A DNA stretch of 64,000 nucleotides from Psammoneis japonica. Taxonomy: Eukaryota. A program made the position numbers and the translations under genes. Below are positions 35,501 through 47,373 of the stretch, piece after piece; within the stretch, counting starts at the first letter, position 1, and each line of letters opens with the position of its first letter. Below the pieces are notes generated by a model. It was not told where the DNA came from. It saw only the letters and a list, made by a program, of their open reading frames with translations, and did not search any database. The stretch is taken from assembly GCA_008632985.1 (NCBI GenBank), contig QPGO01000171.1:1-64000 (forward strand). The letters run 5' to 3'.

Positions 35501-37320
35501 TTTGCCAAACAATGATCGTGGTGTGCCACTCATCTCCCTTTGCAGGACACAGTGGCATGTGGCCAGGTTGTGCTCATTGCATCTTAGCCAACAGTGCTTC
35601 CCACGAAGCACAAATGTGCAACTCACCTCTCTTGGCTGGGATGAACCATTCTTGGTTATTTTTCTGGACATTTGATCACCCGGGGACCTCCCAGACAAAG
35701 AAGGAAACACCAAGATGCTTGCTTGTCTCAACTGCATAACCTCTTTTGCAATGGCAGACTTTTTGTCTTCCACAGGTGTCATGAGTGAGTTCTTCATTGT
35801 TTGCAGGCTGCCAAGATTGATCATTGTTGATGCAGACTTGTTTGCTGGCATGTTCAAATGACTGTTTGAACTGCTGCAAGTGCCTGTGACACCCGTGTCA
35901 TGCAAGAATCGCCGTGCAGTGCACAACGAGCATTTTCATCATCATCTCAACAAAATCAAGAGAATCAACTTGACAGACATAAGCTCAGCACTCTTTTTGC
36001 CATGTGCGCATGAAGTGCATCTCCTGTTGACACTGCTGACATTCCAAGGTTGCCAGTGGCTGTTGGATGCCAGTTTCCTTTCCCTTTGGACATCAAAGCT
36101 CAACTGATTCATGACTCGGCATCAGCTCCGCAGCATGCTCTAGAACATTTCCAGTCCACCACTCCATCACTCTTCAAGCAACGCAAGCTGTTGATTGCAT
36201 TAAATGATGAGCAACAAAAGAGACACATCGAGGTAAAAAATGAAGGTCGATCTTGCCGCATGTTCAATCCCGGTGATGTCGTGGTTGTACGGAAGCAAGT
36301 CAAGTCCAACAGATCAAGAGGCATTTCAGCCAAGTTATTGTTTTGCACCAAGGGCCCATGCAGGGTTTTGGAAAAGGTTTCCCCTTCATCATGTGAGTTC
36401 CAAAAGTTGCCTTTCATCCAAGGACTGGGTCCTCCTGGTCAGTTTCACAAAGAAAATGTCACACAAATGATGCTGTCACCTTCGACAATGATTTTTCATA
36501 AAACAGCTGACTGCACTGACACTTGTTTTTTGCATTTCCATTCCGAGATGGCCGTTTCTCCTCTAGAAAAGTGGCTTGGTGCTGTCCCTTGAGGCAGTTG
36601 TAAAAAGCCCGAAATGGCAGAAGACTTTGCATTTTGAGCCCCTGCAAAGCATGTTGTCCGATGAGCCCCCAGTTGAGACCGTTTCTTCCGACTCTGATTC
36701 TCAAGGCCAAGCACAAGACTTGGAGACTGTTGATGACCCTGACAGTGATTCTGATGAGGAGGGAGCAACTGGCACTGCCACACTTCTCTTCCTGATTTAG
36801 TCCCAAGAACCGTGCTGCACAAGTCTGTCTCTGATTCGACCTCTGAGATGTTTTTGTTGCATGTCACCCTCAAGTGCAGATGGCTCCGGTTCTCAGCATC
36901 ACACAAGTTGATTGGCCTGAATCCAACCATTGTCATGCCACTGCTCAAGGCATCCATCACATTTGTTGGTGGGTCCAACAGCATGCCAATTGGAATGTGC
37001 GGTCTCTTGTCAACAGCAGGTTCTGGCCAGATGTTTGTGAGCTCCGTGCCCACAACCAAGAACCAGAACAGTTCCCTGTCAGGCCTCAGAAGGCAGACAA
37101 GGTCATTGTGATGAACGATGCCGTAGCATGGCCGTCCACTCCTTTTCCTTTGGCAGAACATTTTTTGGCAGGCCCATTTGATTTATGCAAGGTTCGCGTT
37201 AGACTTCACGGTCCCGAGCACCAAGCAGTCTCTGAAGCCTGTCACATTGACAATGTTTTCTGGATTGGGCTTGAAGCTGAAGCTCCAAAGTTCCAGTTGG
37301 GTGCATCTCATGTTTGACAT
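32550..37320 (+). pseudogene. Degenerate Ty3/Gypsy pol: RT end, RNase H, extra ~450-codon domain, integrase, C-terminal domain
   Basis: RNase H KTDWS...GEMSVSRWAFPKWKKFLFGQEFTWLADC...CNMLSR; integrase HSSPFAGH, CAHC, FLDI, IVDAD, NEHFH; GPY/F-like KGPCRV. Downstream purine run GGAAAGGAGGA then TGTAAC at 37806 is a probable 3' LTR start. Confidence 0.85.
34027..35512 (+). repeat. Recent 743-bp tandem duplication (34027-34769 / 34770-35512)
   Basis: Near-identical copies (8 differences counted by eye) with TG microhomology at the junction. Confidence 0.95.
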
Positions 37321-37821
37321 GCTCCGGATTTGTCACTGGATCAGCAAATTTATTTAATGCACATTCATTTTCCTTTCAGTCTCATGTTTCTTGATCACCC
37401 TAAATTCAAGCTCTGACAGCCGGAGTTGTCACCTGATGTGACGAGTTTGGCCCGTCTTGGCCTGCTTTGAAGTCCAGTGCTCTTGTGCATTGGTTTGATT
37501 CTGCCACTGCCGGAGAGTCTAGATTGATTGGTTTACAAAGACTCAGTGCTGTCAGTGCATTGAAGCGTGGATGTGTCCAACGTGAGTTGTGTGGCGAGTG
37601 GGATGTCCTTTGAATGTGTGGATCTCCAAGCCCCACATGCTGCAGACTCCTGAGGTGTCAGTTGTGGCTTTGCTGGTTGTGATGGGGGTGGAGAGACCAT
37701 GGGACAGGATGACACTAGATTCAAGTTTTTTGATCCTGTCAAGACCATGGGAGGACACGGCCTGTCCACCAACTTTTGCGGAAGCCTGTTCTTTGGAAAG
37801 GAGGATGTAACAACAGCATCT

Positions 37822-38280
37822 TGCAGTGGGCATCCCTGCCGTGGCCGCCGATGATGCCACTTTCCTGCGTCTGTAGGCTGTCCGTAGCGACGCTGATCCC
37901 GCAGAAGCGTGTTGCAGAAATCACGACTCCTTTTACGAGACCTACGATAGGCTACAGGAGTGACCCATACGACTGAGACCGGCGCGACTGGCCATCGCGT
38001 ACGTGACTCACCTCGTCTGAAGGGTCTGCGTAGGATGTACGCAGTGCCGAGTATGAGCCTACGAATTGGCTCCGCATGAGTGTCAATAAGTGTTACAAAA
38101 GACTTATGCTTAAGTCTTTCCAATGACTTACCATATAACAAGAATTCTTGTTTCTTGGAAAAAGACACCATCGCGTATTTGTACTCTAACTATAATAATC
38201 TCATAATTTTTACACACACAGAAAATCTCCATCTTACGGTTTAAGTGCTTATTCCCTAGGGCCTATTTCTGCATAGGTCA
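37822..38280 (+). mobile_element. Solo LTR of the family at 14001-17459 (opposite orientation), only lightly mutated
   Basis: TGCA...GGTCA, reverse complement of 17006-17459; 4-bp TSD ATCT (37818-37821, 38281-38284). Confidence 0.92.
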
Positions 38281-38439
38281 ATCTGTCAGTCATCCATTAT
38301 GATGTGCAAAGGAGAGGCTGTGCCAGTGACCATCGATGCGATGCATGACACTCTCACAATTTGCATCGACCATCACTTGACATCAGTCATGGTGACAATC
38401 TTCCCCTGCATTGGTCCTCTTTATGCCATGAATTGAGAA

Positions 38440-38700
38440 CGCCATTGTTGTAACCCGCAAAGGCATCCTCCAAGAGATTGACACCTTTTGAGGTCTTGCT
38501 GATGCCACCATGAGAAATTACAAAAAGATTGTCAGACAGATCAGGGTGTCCACAATGCAAGTGGGTGCAGAGAGGTCTTGTCAAAACCCTTTGTCCCAGT
38601 GTGACAAAAGAAACTTCTGGCAATGCCATGAAGTTTGGCAGTGAACTCAAAATCCCTGCATGTGTGTGCTTCACAAACACCACTGCTGGTGTCATCAACA
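38440..38700 (-). pseudogene. Fragment of a 1,3-beta-glucan synthase (GT48, callose/FKS/BGS family)
   Basis: SSLPNFMALPEVSFVTLGQRVLTRPLCTHLHCGHPDLSDNLFVISHGGISKTSKGVNLLEDAFAGYN matches the GT48 signature FVTLGQR...HYGHPD...RGGVSKASKGINLSEDIFAG. Confidence 0.88.
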
Positions 38701-39302
38701 TGTTCGACAAAGTAAATTGTTGGGCCATTTTGCGGGGAAGAATCTGTTTGTGGACCAAGAAACAAGCAGAGTGAGTGCCTGACCGCTGGCGTCTGTTGGA
38801 AACGCACCAACCATGAGCCACGACATCCAGAGCTCATGCATGTTGTGAAATGATTGAGGCACAGGTCAAGGGATGAGAGGAGGGAAGTGACAACAAACCT
38901 GACAAAACATGCCGGAACGATGACAACAGCAGCAGACTGACACACCAAAAGAGTTGAAATTGACATTCTTGTGTGGAGTGGCACTTGTCAAAATTGCGCC
39001 AACACGCAATGGAACTGTGGACAAATGCCAACAACATCCCAAGTGACTCACCTTGTGAAAAATGGCAATAACAACGGTGGATGTGACACAAATTTGCCAT
39101 GGTGGCTGCACAAATTCTGTGCAGAATTTCTTGTTTTTGTGCCAGGAACCAAAAAAATTGCGTGGTGCAACTTTTAAAGCTTTGCCAGTTAGCCTGGTGC
39201 AGCAATGTGTTACGATCCATGGGAGGTCTTCTCTTTCCCTCTTCCTGCCACTTGCTGTCCCTCCACTCCTGCCACAAACTGTGCAGTGTGGTTTGTTGCA
39301 TG

Positions 39303-39592
39303 AAATCATGAAATCTGACATGATTGCTGACATGAGCCATCAAGCAGTGCAGCATGCATTGTTGAGCAGAAGAAATTGTGCATGTTTACATTGTGTGTTG
39401 TTGTGCATGTAAATCACAAAAAAATGGTGGCTGCATGCAAAGGGCAGAAATCATGAAATCTGACATGATTGCCAACATGAGCCATCAAGCAGTGCAGCAT
39501 GCATTGTTGAGCAGAAGAAATTGTGCATGTTTACATTGTGTGTTGTTGTGCATGTAAATCACACAACAATGGTGGCTGCATGCAAAAGGCAG
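39303..39592 (+). repeat. 145-bp tandem duplication
   Basis: AAATCATGAAATCTGACATGATTGC... begins at 39303 and again at 39448. Confidence 0.9.
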
Positions 39593-40479
39593 ATTGATCA
39601 CACAGAATTGATCAGATGTCAAAAATTGCAAATGCAATTGACAGACAATGTTGACACACAAGATGTCAAAGTTGATGGCATCTGGACAATCTGTTGTCAT
39701 GATTAGATTCTCCCAAAGGCCTTTGCTCTGTGGGAGCAGTGCAAATGCTTCAGGCCATTGAGAACTCCTTGGGAAAAACCCAAAATCATAAAGCAACATT
39801 CAAGGGGGTCATCCCCACATTCATCCTAGAATCACTGAGGCATTTAAATAAGATTTTTTACAGTGTCAATTTTTGAACACAAAAATTGTTCATGTTGACA
39901 CCCACTTGCACACAAAGACAAGAACATCAAGCACCATGATCGAAGCACGACTGTGATGGAAATCTCGACATTTCTGCAAAACACAGTGGTCTGTCCATGA
40001 CCTTTGATGTACAACAAACACAAAGTGGATGAGAGTTGGTGGACAGACCACCTCCGTCACAGACTCATTGACTGATGTTTTCACCATGGTGAAGCACGGT
40101 GAAATTCATGACAAATCATGCAAAACACATGCTGTTCGGCCAACTTCGAGCTAAAAAAAAGCAGCAAATGACCCCCCTTAATCTCATGATTTCCACTTTT
40201 CATGATTTGTTCCACTTTCATTTACACTCATTTTTTGAGCACAGCACATTTTGCACACACACTTCAGAAGGTAAAAACACAAAAATGAAGCTTTCACCTC
40301 AATGAAGTCTGTCATCAAGCAGGAGATAAGATTGCACCTGTGCCACTGGAATCAATTTCCAAGCTGAAGATGCTCAAACCAAGCCAGTGCATGAAGATGG
40401 AGCAGTGTTTTTATCCAGAAGACAAGAAGAGTCACACCTGCATGATCAATGTTGAGCACTGCAACAACAAGCAGGGACT

Positions 40480-42200
40480 CTCTTGCCTTTCTCCAGGACC
40501 ACATGAGGTCTGCACAGGTTGGGATCAATGCTCACTGCCCCATGTCCACTGGCAATTTTGCAATCTTCATCACAATCTGGTCTTCGCCTTCTCCAGGCTC
40601 CAGTGTCACAGTCTGCATGAATGTGTTTGGAATGTTGGTGCTCATTTTGTTGTGTCCTTCATGGGTGTCAACAATCACCATCATCAATGTCCCCTCAAGG
40701 GATGCAGTGGCAGCTGACTTGTTTTTGTCTGGCCATTCTAGAGTCAGTTTGTCATTGCAAACCATTCACCCTTTTGTGCAACTGTCTTGTTTCTCAGTGA
40801 GGAACATCAAGGCCGCCATGGCCTTGGTCCTCTCAGTCAGAGTCATGTCCTTGACTGTTGCGCACACTTGGTCATGTGGCTGTTTAATTTCTTTCTCTGA
40901 GGCATCACGCCCCTTCGTGAGTTTTTTTCTGCCAAACGTCCTTTTTTGCTGGCGGCCTTGCCACTGAGAATGGTTGGCACATGATGTGCAAAGTGGTGGC
41001 AGCCATGCTATCTTGACAAGCATGACTCAGTTTCAGTGCTGCCAATTTGCCGTTGGCATGCCCCAGTCAGAAACCGCAGAAACCAACATGCCACGGCGAC
41101 TCCATGTTCACCGTTTTCTCAAAGGTGTCACCTTCAAGAGCCACAACAATCAACAACAGCCATTTTGTATTTCATGAACTTGTGTGCAGCAGAATTGACA
41201 TGTGAGAGTGTAACGGGCTTGTTGCCAACTTGTGCGGTCAAAAAGCGATGGGAAAAAATTAAACATTTCAGCTGTTTTCACTGCGATCAATCAATGTCAA
41301 AGCACAGTGAGGCACACACACACATGAAATAAATCATGTGCTGTGGACACATGTCAGTGTCATGGTGAGCTTTCAGCTGTTGATGGAGTGTGTTGCATTG
41401 GCGGTCGCCATTGTTGTCGCATTTCAACAAGTCGTTGAAAATTTTTAAACCTCAAACACTCGTGTGTGAAGGCACATTTTTGCTTGCAGGTTCTACACAT
41501 TGAAGGTTGCTTTGTGTGCAGAGCATTTACATTTTTCATGCACAACAATGTCATGCATGTACAATGTGTTAGCATTGATTGCAGAATGTGTGACACATTC
41601 ATGTCCATGTGTGAACATTGGGCTTGCCGTCAGCAAAAAAAGAAATGGACATTCAGCAAAAAAAAAGGTGGGCGCCCTTTCTGGCCAAATGCTTTGAGGC
41701 CTTGGTGGAGCAAATGTTGCTGGGCAAAGCATGCACCTTCTCCACTTTGCAATTGGTCACCAATCTCCCACATGAAGTGGGCAAGTGCCACTGCTGTCTC
41801 CGTTTCATGTTCAACATTGTTCTTTGAATTGGGGCTCACGTTGGCATGTAGATGATGGCAGTGCTTGAGCTTCTGGCATCTGCCATTCCTGCAAATTGAA
41901 CTTTCTTTTCTGTGTCTGTGTAACATCATGTTGATGTTCCACTTCTTGTAATTCTGCTTGGCACAGCATTTGCTTCTCCCTCCAGTCATCTCTCACCTCC
42001 CCATCTTGTGTCTTCTTGAGGTTCTTCATCTTGTTCTGACTCTTTGCTCTCACAGTGATCATTGTCTTCTGGGTCTTCTTCCACCTCATGCTCTTCTTGA
42101 GCTTTGTGCTGTTGATTGGGGTGCAGCATGCATTGTCAAGCAGATGAAATTACACACATTCATGATTGTGTGTCATTGCACACGTCAATCGCACGACAAT
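40480..42200 (-). pseudogene. Two overlapping-homology fragments of another Copia-type pol (RT N-terminal region)
   Basis: KGRDASEKEIKQPH...LMFLTEKQDSCTKG*MVCN...TASLEG...NIPNTFMQ...IVMKI at 40530-40950; related AQQHLLHQGLKAFGQKGR at 41670-41730. Confidence 0.65.
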
Positions 42201-42219
42201 CATAGATGCGCACAATGGT

Positions 42220-43960
42220 CAGGTTGATTACACAGAATCGATCACAAGTCTAAAATTACAAATGTGATTGACAGATGATGTCTCGACACATGAGATGTCA
42301 ATGTTGATTGCACCCAGACAATCTGTTGTCACGATTGGATTCTCTGAAAGGCCTTTGCAGTGCAAATGCTTTGGTCCATCGAGAACTCATTGGGAGAAAC
42401 CCAAATTACAGAGTGAAATCTAATCTCATAATTTCCACTTTTTTCATGAATTGTTCTTCTTTCATTTACACTCGTTTTTCAAGCACAGTGCATGGTGCAC
42501 ACACACCAACACAGAAGGTAAAAACACAAAAATGAAGCTTTAATCTCAAGTGTCCACCATGAAGTCTGCCATCAAGCAGGAGAAAATTGTTCCTGAGCTG
42601 CTGGAATCAATTTCCAAGTCAAAGATGCTCAAACCAAGCCAGCACCTGAAGACAAAGCAATGCTTTCATCCACAAGATAAGAAGAGCCTCACCACCCACA
42701 AAATCAATGTTGAGTGCTGCAACAAGCAGGGAGCTCCCAAGTGCATCAAATTCTTAAAAACATTTGGCAAACTCATGGTGGGTCAGAACATCAAGAAACA
42801 AGCTGACAAGTTCCGACTTGTGTGCATGTTGTTGCAAGAGGGGATGCTCCATGAGTTTTTGAGAACAATGCAAGAACATTGAAGACTGAGATGACAAAGG
42901 AGCTTTCAAAAAGGCATGCAGCACCTCTCCAACCACATCTTCTCCAAGAATGCACTTCAAAATCAGGAACAGCATCTGCAACATGATCTCAAAAAGCCAG
43001 ACTTCATGAGGATCCCCAAGAAATCACCACTTGGACCCAGGAGGTCAACAAAGATTTGAAACATCACCCTCCCTTTGAGTCCAAGCAGAGTTTGGATGAA
43101 GACAAGCTCTGTGACATCTGCAATTTCACACCTCATCAATGGTGATGTCAGTGAACCCCACAAAGTTTCAATGTTTTGGACCATGCCTTTGACAAGTTGG
43201 TGGAGTTCTTGGAGTGCCTGGAGGTTGCTGAAAAGACATTTCATTAAACTCATGTCAAGTCTGACACTGCCAACAAGTCTGGTCCCAAAACCAAGGATGG
43301 ATCTTATCGTGATCCCAAAAATGGTTGCCAATCTGGCACCAAATGATCTGAGTCCAACAAGTGGTGCAATTGTTGCAAGGAAACCACTCACAATGTGGGC
43401 CAGTGCTGGGTCATCAAAGCACCGAGAGAATGTTGAATGAGACCCAAAATGTTCAGAAAGTGTCTGTTGAAAGTGTTGCTCATGGTCCTGGATGCCTGAC
43501 AAGGAAAGCACACCTGGCTTCACTGGGAGTTGAAAGGTGCTGTCATTCCACTGAGCCCACACCAAATTCAGTTGTCTCATCAGACCGGCGACACACACAG
43601 GGGCCGCCTTCAACAAGTCTGGTTCCAAAACCAAGGATGGGTCTTACCGTGGTCCTAAAAATGGTTGCCAATCTGGCACCAAATGATCTGAGTCCAACAA
43701 GTGGTGCAATTGTTGCAAGAAAACCACTTGCAACACTGGCCAGTGCAGGGTTGTTAAAAGACCAGCAAAAGAGCACTGAGAGAATGTTGAACGAAACCCA
43801 AAACATTCAGAAAGTGTCTGTTGAAGGTGTTGCTCATGGTCCTGGATGCTTGACAAGGAAAGCACACCTGGCTTCACTGGGAGTTGAAAGGTGCTGTCAT
43901 TCCACTGAGCCCACACCAAATTCAATGTCTCATCAGACCGGTGACACACAGGGGGGCGCC
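42220..43960 (+). pseudogene. Degenerate Gypsy-like leader plus gag; 5' part also present at ~39590-40480; 3' part tandemly duplicated (~340 bp, 43271 and 43611)
   Basis: THKINVECCNKQGAPKCIKFLKTFGKLMVGQNIKKQADKFRLVCMLLQEGML aligns with the gag at 16650-16810; duplicated blocks are visible directly. Confidence 0.6.
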
Positions 43961-44074
43961 TTCCCAGGATGCAGAACAAAATTGCGAGCAATGCTCATGT
44001 CAACACAGCCAAAAGATTGAAAGGCTGCCACCCAGTGGGATTCCATGTGATGTGGGAATGGTGTCACTGTGGCT

Positions 44075-44726
44075 CTCACAGTTGTCCTTGTGGACCTTGT
44101 GGACCTTGTGGGACTGTAGAAGACCAGCAATCCAGTGTAGATACAAGGCGGTAGACTTGCAGTGTGCAGAGCAGGGCCAGAGTCAAGGGTTTGTGTCATG
44201 TGCGCGTGGACGCGAGAGGATGGATTGGTGGGATCCGCCACAAGGAATCCGGAATCTCAGATGTCTTAGAATTCAGGAGTTCCTGGTCAAACAAATGTCC
44301 ATTGAACAAATGTGTCCAACGATGGGAGGCATTGGATAAATCCAAACGTGTAGATTTAATCCAGCATCCAGCAGTGAAGAAGGCAGACACATGCTTCCAC
44401 CGCCAACGGTGCACGTCGTCGAAAATTTCTCGATGACGATGATGAATGCTCAGTGGACAACAAAGAGCAAGACTGTTAATCTGACAGAAAATGAAGATGA
44501 CTGGGTGGAAGAAAACAACAACTCCTTGCTGCTGTCTAAATGGCAGATGAGTCTCCATGCAGAAACCGTTGCAGGAGCCGAAAGACTGGTGTCGTGATGT
44601 CGGTGCTGCTGCTGTTGTTCTTGTGAGCCGTGTGGCTCAAAAGCAAACTACATCGCGCGATGCGCGCGGAACTAAGAGCACACATAATCATGTGTGACAA
44701 ACTAAAATCTTGTTCAAATCCTGTCA
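44075..44726 (-). mobile_element. Truncated 5' end (LTR 44482-44726, PBS and leader) of a further copy of the Copia family
   Basis: Reverse complement of ~10365-11030. Confidence 0.9.
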
Positions 44727-47373
44727 TCACCCAAGCTGTGAAGTCCCCCCACTTGCTTTCCGTGGCTGCCTGAAATCATTCTACACAAGTCTTCCCATCA
44801 ACCAAGTTGCTCACTCATGATGTTGCGTTTGATCTCCATGACCGGCTCCTTGAAGAACTTGTTGGCTCTCGGCAACCATCCCCTCCCTTGTTGCTCTTCC
44901 TTGGTGCCATGCATCATCTCCTCCTGCGCCCTCCTTTGCCGGGCATGAGTTGCTTGGCACAAAGTGCTTGAGTCATCTTGCACACTTTCTCTTCTTTGTG
45001 ATGTCATCCTTTTGCATGAGCCTCTTGTTGGCGATGCTCTCAAGCTCGTTCGCAACACCCATCAGAGCTGAGAGTCGCTCTCTCATCTTGTCCCGACCCT
45101 GTGTCATTGGAAATGGCCACGCTGCTGGTGTGAGTTTTGAATCTTGTGCAACATCAATTCTCCAATGAAACTTGCGGCGAAGCTTGTCTTTGTGTGGCTT
45201 GCCTGTTTTGTCTGGTCATTTTGTGCCAAGCGTGAGGCACTCAGAAAAGCTTCTTCTTTGACACTCGGCCATCTGCAACATCAATCCCCCAGCAAAACTT
45301 GCAGCGAAACTTGTTTTTGTGCAGCGCACCTGTTTTGTTGCACAAAGTGTGAGTGCAATGCTCAGAAAAGCCTCTCTTCTTTGACACGATCTCTTACCTT
45401 GATGATGTCTCTGCCGGCCTTTTGATCATCAGCCATCCACTTGCTCAGATTGGTCTGTCTCCAAGGCACAGTTGCAACAATTCTTTGTTGTTTTTTGTGT
45501 TGTGCATTTGCCTGCACTCACCGTGCCATGGTCGCACTGCTTTGCACGCCGTTGCAAGCCGGCCCTCCTTTTTTTGTGTTGTCTCTTGAGTCTTGCGGAG
45601 CGACGGTTGCATTTTTCCCCTCTTTGTGTTTTTACTTGCCTGAAAAGAGTGCTTCCCACACATTTTTTATTTGGCTGTGCATCTGCATTCGAATTTAAAC
45701 AGATCCTCTGTCCAAAAATAAGAACCATTTTTCTGCGTGATTTTTGCATGGCTCATGTACGAGGAAAATGTGCTTTCACCAACCTCTCGAGTCGTTGACC
45801 GTGATGACCATGATGTGGCATGTTTGGGTCAATTTCCGAGTCTCACGGAGTGAAAATCACCAATGAGTCATGTGAGATAACCACAACAATGAACTCATGT
45901 CATCAGAAGCGGCGCATCCCATGCTGAAGGCATGTTTTGCTGCAAATTCATTGATCAGCCACACCAACAATCAATCACGAACTTGCTGCTTGTGTCAAAA
46001 GGAAGGAGCCTGTTCTTTTTTTAACTGTTGGTTGTTGTTTCTTGGTGACCATGTGTGCTTCATAAAAGGCGGAATGAGCATCAACGCCATCGCACTTCAT
46101 TGTCATGGTGGGGCCGAGTTGTTTGGCAGCTCTTGATGATGCATGCAGCAGGTTTTAAAATGTTGATTTATGAAGAACCCATGCAGTCTTATGTGGAGAA
46201 TCCACGGACTCCTCATCATGCTACTTTCGCGGTTCTGCACTGATTCACAAAATGCACAGGGGATTGGATCCGTAGATCACAAGTGGAAGGGACAAATGCC
46301 CTGTGCACGATTGGCCAGATGAATGCTGCAAAAGGAACATCATGAGTCGTCGATGGCAAGGATGGGTTTTTTTTACATGAAGGGAAACAGAAAAAGGTGA
46401 AATTTCACTGAATGATTGACACTCATCATGAAGACGGAAATGCCGCACTTTTGGCGCAAATGCACATGCAATGTGAAAGTGAACATGTTTCAGTTGGAAT
46501 GAAACACAATTGTTCAGAGACAAAGGAGCAATTCTGCCATGTCACTTGGCATGTTGGCACACAAGTCAATATATGCACATTGAACAAAACATGTCTAGGA
46601 GCAACAAGTGCAAAACATGCTGATCAGGATGGTGAAAACAAATGAAAATGTTGCACTCCCAACAAGCAATGTCGATTTCAATCTGGAGTGGGGTCGACCA
46701 ATGTTTGCACATGTGTGCACACCATGAGATGGTGGGGTTCAATGACCTGTGACTCATGGCCTTTTCTGTGGGTCTCTGATGACTCATTGACACATTCATT
46801 GCTTGCCAATTTTACTGCAGAGCTCGCACATAGAACTCTACGGGCCCAATGTCACAAAAAGTCCCACCTGGGACTGGAACCCATCTGTCAGAGAACATGG
46901 GGGAATTCCTGAGTGAACAAACATCCATTGAATGGATGTGTTCCATGATCAAAATCCTTGGATGTGGATCCAAACGCATTGACAGAAATCGAAGAAGAAT
47001 TGGATTTCGATGGTCAACTTTCACGATGAATGCGGAAACAGTGAATGGCAACAGCGATAAATCAGCAGCACAAATGCTAATAGATCACTTCATTCCTCGG
47101 TCGGGGAATGGAAATCCATCAGCAACAATGGCACATTCTGGTGCGAATTCCAAAGTGGGCTTGGGTTCGAGTCTCACCAACCGCGTGTCTCAGCCATCGG
47201 GGTGTCTGAACATCTGGGCATGCCATCATGGGCATGAGACCAGGCACCTCCACCTGGCCAGACCAAAAACTGTTCCTGACCCTGGAACACATGTCCCCAT
47301 TGTTCACAGGGGCACCTGCAACGGTCTCTGCACGGAGACTTGTCTGCTGTGTAGACAGCAGTAAGGTGTTGCA

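Noticed and set aside
38387..38821. Functional glucan synthase gene
   Set aside because: Only ~90 recognisable codons of a very large protein, with conserved residues mutated and TE flanks.
44468..44483. tRNA-Asn gene
   Set aside because: Only the anticodon-arm 12-mer is present, with no D arm, T arm or acceptor stem; better explained as a PBS.
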